A stretch of DNA of 64,000 bases, taken from the human T2T-CHM13v2.0 reference genome, Homo sapiens. Below, piece after piece: positions 56,612 to 64,000 of the stretch. The translations under genes were made by a program, and so were the position numbers. Location of the stretch: assembly GCF_009914755.1 (NCBI RefSeq), contig NC_060927.1; one strand, written 5' to 3'. The first letter of the stretch is position 1. The number at the start of each line of letters is the position of its first letter. Below the pieces are notes generated by a model. The model was not told the origin of the DNA. It saw nothing but the letters and a program-made list of their open reading frames with translations, and searched no databases.

Positions 56612-56756
56612 GAAAAAAGCCTGTAAATACTTTGAGCAAGGCAAGGGGACCTGCCCATTTGGAAGCAAATGTCTTTATCGCCATGCTTACCCCGATGGGC
56701 GGCTAGCAGAGCCTGAGAAACCTCGGAAACAGCTCAGTTCTCAAGGCACTGTGAGG
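56612..56756 (+). CDS. MKRN2: MKRN2 exon 7 (C-terminal CCCH finger)
   Basis: TTTCAG acceptor, AGG|GTAAGG donor, 145 nt. Confidence 0.95.
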
Positions 56757-56919
56757 GTAAGGACTTTAGCCATCTCTAGTTGGGGACACTTAGCAGCTGT
56801 GGGCATTTCCAGGTACCGTTCCTGGCAGAGAAATGGGGTAGGCAAAAGAACGATCAAGGAACGCAGCCTTCCTGTTGCTCTTAGCAGTAACCAGGCATGT
56901 CCACTGGCTGTTTTTGCAG

Positions 56920-57057
56920 TTCTTTAATTCAGTGCGGCTCTGGGATTTCATCGAGAACCGAGAAAGCCGGCATGTCCCCAACAATGAAGATGTCGACATG
57001 ACAGAGCTCGGGGACCTCTTCATGCACCTTTCTGGAGTGGAATCATCAGAACCCTAA
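56920..57057 (+). CDS. MKRN2: MKRN2 exon 8 ([10 protein letters not shown]...VESSEP*)
   Basis: TTTTTGCAG acceptor, TAA stop; the eight exons sum to 1251 nt = 416 aa + stop. Confidence 0.95.
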   Translation, partial: FFNSVRLWDFIENRESRHVPNNEDVDMTELGDLFMHLSGVESSEP

Positions 57058-58420
57058 AGAGTAGATGGTTGCCCTGCATCTTGGGCTCCATCGGCCGAAA
57101 CTTTCCCAAGCCAGGGTGTGCGGAGCTTCCCTGTACTGCAGCCAAGGTGACGTGTGACTTGGATTTGAGTGGAGTTGGGCTTAGCCTTAGTCTCATTCAA
57201 TCTCCATTATTACAGCCATGGGGAAGAGTGAAAGATATAAAGTAACCTAATTAAATGTATGGAATTGCTATTTTTATAGCTGATATAGTTACACCTCAAG
57301 CCCCTCAGGGGTAACAACTAACAAACACCCAAACTGTTTGGATTGATTGCTTTAAAAAACAAACCTGGCTCTTACCTTTGATCTTTTCTTCCCCAGAAAT
57401 AGTAAACTTGCAGCTGCCCCTAATGCAGCATATTTTTCTTACCAAAGGAGTCTTCAGCCCTATAAAAGGATTCCTCTATAGTGTATTTCTCTAGTGTATT
57501 TAGTGTGTCGTCAAAATTTTGATTTATACAGAGCTTTCAAGCACACACAATGCAAAGTGAGCGCAGCATAGCTGTTAACAAACATACAACTTTTTTCTAG
57601 GGCTTTAAGGGTGGTCATTTTTTTCAAGTTCTCTCAAGTGTCCCAAATCAGGGTAGCAATCTTGTTGCCACATGTGCAGCAAACAAAGTGGAAGTATAGA
57701 TCTTCTTCTCCCTTAGGGAGGCTCTTGAAGGAGCAGGAGGTACAGTACTGGGTAGCAGTCTGGCCCTCCTGTCGTCTGGTTGGTGTTGGGGCCTCCAGCC
57801 AGGGCCCTCTAGGGGAACCAAGCCTCTGCTCTCACCTGTGGGTTCTTGCCCATCAGGGTAATTGTATTGAGAACTCAAATATACGTGCACTTACATGTGT
57901 GGTTCGTACTCAAGTGATCTATTATCTAGCTGCAAAGCCTGGCTTTGATTTGAAATTTTGTAAAAATTTCATGGCACCCAAGGTTTCTGATTCTGACCCA
58001 GCAGTGGTCCTGAAGAGAGCTGATGGCAAGTCTTGTAGTCATTTTGATTTTAATTGAAGGGTGAGCATAACCTTGTGAACCAGCACTAGCTTGTTCCAAG
58101 CTGGAATTTATCTAATCTATTTTTGTGTTTAAAAAAGCTGTACCTACCAAATAAATAAATAGTTTATAAAATGTATTACTTAAGGTATTAGCTGAGTTTA
58201 GAGTACTTTCTGCTTAATTAATTTTTATACTTAACTCTTCAGTAGAGGTTTACAAAGAGTACAAAGGTTAAATTACAAATTCATTCCCAGCCTAGGCTCT
58301 GGGCACATTTCCTGTTCTTGAATTCTGCTCCTGAAGAGGGTGAACAAATGGGGCATTCAAGTTGTGAGCTCAGAATTACTTTAAAAGGAGGTAACAGCCA
58401 GCCATTACACCTAAATTTAA

Positions 58421-58431
58421 TTTATTTTATT
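58421..58431 (-). terminator. RAF1: RAF1 poly(A) signals (two overlapping AATAAA)
   Basis: TTTATTTTATT on the + strand. Confidence 0.85.
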
Positions 58432-58480
58432 AAAATAACATAATTGAGGGACCATCAGATAACTGTATTTTGTCAGGTGC

Positions 58481-58486
58481 AATAAA
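58481..58486 (+). terminator. MKRN2: MKRN2 distal poly(A) signal AATAAA (proximal candidates at 58150-58159)
   Basis: AATAAA lies beyond the RAF1 signal, giving a 3' overlap. Confidence 0.75.
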
Positions 58487-58636
58487 AACAAAATTAAAAC
58501 CCAAATCATCAAGAAAACCTGTATTCCTGGCTTCCTTGTATACACATGATGTGACTAGAGAAACAAGGCTGTTTGTTTGTTTGTTTGTTAGAGAAACAAG
58601 GCTGGCCCTGCGGCCCCGCCCCATAGGGGCAGCTCC

Positions 58637-58666
58637 TGGAAGACAAAATTCAGCATGATGGAAGAC
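58637..58666 (-). promoter_or_regulatory. RAF1: Two miR-7 8mer seed sites in the RAF1 3'UTR
   Basis: TGGAAGAC on + at 58637-58644 and 58659-58666 = GUCUUCCA in the mRNA. Confidence 0.75.
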
Positions 58667-59203
58667 TGCTCCCTGAGAGGGCTGAGATGCGGATTGGCCG
58701 AGTGCCTTGCCTGGAAAACCATCCCAATGCACTGGACACCTTAGAAGCTGTGAAAGGAGGACGTGTCCCCTAAGAAAAGTTCCATAGTACCAAAGCAGGC
58801 TCCTTCGGGCGGCCAGAGTCTCGGCAGTCCTGGGCTGTTTGGTGCCTTATGTGCAAAATGTCTGGCGCTGCACCACTCTCTGAAGAAAGTCCCGCCTGTG
58901 ACATGCATTCCTCCAGAAGCTGATTTCCAAAATCCCATGTGTCTCCACATCAGGGCTGGACTGCCTGCTACCTTACTTCCTCTAAATACTCATGTAGCCA
59001 ACAGCTGGGGCTGGGCCCCTGCTTTTTGTACTACCATCAACATCCACTTGCGCATCTACAGAAGGCTGGGCCTTGAGCATGGGGAATGTGGGGAGGGAGC
59101 AGGACACACCAGCACTGCAAATGGCTTCCTTCTCCCAGGGCCCAAAGGGATAGAAAAGAAGGCAACATGAAGTTAAGGCCCTGTGAGCAGTCTAGAAGGT
59201 CCT

Positions 59204-59211
59204 TAGCAGCA
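59204..59211 (-). promoter_or_regulatory. RAF1: miR-15/16/195/497 8mer site in the RAF1 3'UTR
   Basis: TAGCAGCA on + = UGCUGCUA in the mRNA. Confidence 0.7.
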
Positions 59212-59317
59212 GCTTCTCTGAAAACATGTGTTCTGCCTCTGGAGAAAGGGAGCAGAAAAGTGGTGCCTGCTGGCTTCTCCTCCTCCCCTGGCAGCCTGAA
59301 GACAGGTGCAAAGTCAA

Positions 59318-59485
<168 letters not shown>

Positions 59486-59626
59486 TCATTAGCTGTGTCT
59501 CAAAGACACAGGATGTACCCTGCCCCCCACCATCTTGTAGAGGACCTGGGTCCCCTCCCTATAAAACAAAACAAAACACTCCCACCTTATATTGCCATCT
59601 TTACGAACCAACCCATGCTTTAATCA

Positions 59627-59785
<159 letters not shown>

Positions 59786-59865
59786 CTAAGGGAAAGAAAA
59801 CAGCTGAGCTAATGGGGGGTGAATGAACAACAGATAATAACAAGTCCTAACCCTCTAGCTGCTTA

Positions 59866-60057
<192 letters not shown>

Positions 60058-60376
60058 CTACATGTATCACCATATGACAAAAGTGCATTTATCACCATAT
60101 GACAGGCCTCACAGACATCTAGGGGCCAGGCTGTCCCTTTCATTAGTTATGAATGAGTCCATTCTTCAGTCCCCACATAGCTTTTCCCCCAAAGGACTCC
60201 AACTCAGGCACTGGTTAAAACAGCTCAGGAATCCTTGTCTTTAAAGGACCAAGACCCAGCATTTCTGTCACCCAGCTTATTAACTCCTCTCCACACTAAG
60301 CTTCACAGTGGTTCTGATCAACAGCTTCCTCAAGAAAATCTACAATTGCCCTGAGGCTGGCTGTCACTAGGGGTCA

Positions 60377-62394
<2,018 letters not shown>

Positions 62395-62441
62395 TGTTGG
62401 ATTTCATGTCTCTATGGATGATGTTCTTTGCATGCAAATAG
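62395..62441 (-). CDS. RAF1: RAF1 exon 13 (YLHAKNIIHRDMKSN, catalytic loop); gene continues beyond the window
   Basis: CCTTCACAG acceptor, HRD motif, 47 nt. Confidence 0.97.
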
Positions 62442-63127
62442 CTGTGAAGGGAAAAGAAATTATTAAAAATAAGTTTGAGGGGCATGAGTAGAAAGCAGTT
62501 TTAAACTACAGCTAAGAAGTAAAGCCACTGAAGGCCTGGCTCCAAGGAGTGTTACACACAGGGATAGACCCTGTGCTGTTCAGCCTGGTTCACATCACTG
62601 CTTACCTGAAGGTGAGGCCACAGCACAAACATGCTTACACCTTTTTTTTTTTTTTTTTGGAGACTGGAGTGCAGTCAATAGCTTACTGCAGCCTTAACCT
62701 CCTGGGCTCAAGTGATCCTCCCACCTCCCAGTAGCCGGGACCACAGGCATGTGCCACCATGCCGCCTTTTTTTTTTTTTTTTTTTTTTGGGTAGATACAG
62801 GGTCTTGCACTGTTGCCCAAGCTGGTCTTGACTCCTGGGCTCAAGTGATCCTCCCATGTTGGCCTCCAAAATGCTTGGATTACAGGCATGGGCCCCTGGC
62901 GCCTGACCATTGCTGACACTTCTTCAAGCATCAGTTTTACTCTAAAGTAATTCTGATAACCCAATGTCCATAAATGATGAATGAATAATGTGGCATATCC
63001 ATACAATGGAATGTTACTCAGACACAGAAAGGAATGAAGTAGTGACTCATGCTACACATTAACCTTGAAAATACTATGCTAGGTCTAAGAGCCCAGGCAC
63101 ACAATACCATATCTTATGTATTATATA

Positions 63128-63466
63128 CAGCCAAGCATCACTTAACGGCAGGGATACCTTCTGAGAAATGTGTTGTTAGCCAACTTGTCATCATGCACAC
63201 ATCATAAAGTGTATTCACACAAACCAAGAAGGTACAGCCTTCTACACACCCTGGCTAAATGGTATAACGTGTTGCACTTAGGCTACAAAACTGTATGGCC
63301 CTCAGTGTACTGAATACTGTAGCTGGTTGTAACATGGTGAGTATTTGTGTCTCTAAACATAGCCAAACATAGAAAAGGCACAGTAAAAATACAGTATTAT
63401 AATCTTGTGGGACCACCTTCCTATATGTGGTCATTGACCGAAACATCATTATATGTTACCTGACTA
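63128..63466 (+). mobile_element. Tigger3a/MER7-like MITE inserted into an old L1 3' fragment
   Basis: TA flanks; homologous to 1-424; L1M-like sequence on both sides. Confidence 0.75.
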
Positions 63467-63575
63467 TATTATATCTTACATGATTCCATTTATATTGAAC
63501 TATAAAGTAGGCAAAATCCATAGAAACAGAAAGTAGACTGCAAGTGGGTGGGAGGTATTGGGTAACCTCTAATGG

Positions 63576-63996
63576 GTATATTGTTTGGATATCTGTCCAC
63601 TCCAAATCTCAAGTTGAAATGTGATCCCCAGTGTTGGAGGTGGGACCTAAGTGGCAGGTGTTTGGGTCATGGGGATGGATTCCTCACAAACGGCTCGGTG
63701 GCCTCCCTGCAGTAACGAGTGAGTTCACACACTATTAGCTCACATGAAACCTGGTTATTAAAGAGTCTGGGACCTCCCTCCATGCTCTCTCTCTTGCTCC
63801 TTTCTCTCACCACATCACACGTGGCTCCCCTTGCCTTCTGCCATGAGTGAAAGCTTCCTGAGGGCCTCACCAGACACAGATGCTGGTGTCATGCTTTTTG
63901 TACAGTCTGCAGAACCCCGAGTCAAATAAACCTCTTTTCTTTATAAATTACCCACCCTTAGGTCTTCCTTTAGAGCAACCCAAACAGACTAATACA
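63576..63996 (+). mobile_element. MST-type (ERVL-MaLR) solo LTR
   Basis: Typical MST sequence; AATAAACCTCTTTTCTTTATAAATTACCCA...GACTAATACA end. Confidence 0.85.
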
Positions 63997-64000
63997 ATGG

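Noticed and set aside
57611-58057. 148-aa ORF in the MKRN2 3'UTR
   Set aside because: Non-ATG start, no recognisable domain, no splice support

Overview
Primate (most likely human, chr3p25) genomic DNA, very Alu-rich, with four protein-coding genes in alternating orientation. (1) The last four coding exons of TSEN2 (+, 2692-6525). (2) Complete MKRN2OS/C3orf83 (-, 4 coding exons, 19266 to 13995, 223 aa). (3) Complete MKRN2 (+, CpG-island promoter, 8 coding exons, 30955-57057, 416 aa). (4) The last five exons and 3'UTR of RAF1 (-, 62441 to about 58400). Exon boundaries were read by hand, and splice phases and lengths add up to intact ORFs. Gene names, exon numbers and repeat family names come from recall, not from a database search. 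Most interesting points: MKRN2OS has a His/Cys motif pair resembling permuted papain-like (PPPDE/DeSI, LRAT) thiol hydrolases and lies head-to-head with a RING E3 ligase; a U12-type intron splits the RAF1 catalytic loop; MKRN2 has an in-frame skippable zinc-finger exon with a GC donor and a strong-context overlapping uORF; MKRN2 and RAF1 3' ends overlap; an Alu landed in the MKRN2OS poly(A) signal; there is a candidate distal TSEN2 last exon; and several small insertions are flanked by target-site duplications (TSDs). No prokaryotic-type system, CRISPR array, rRNA or tRNA is seen.
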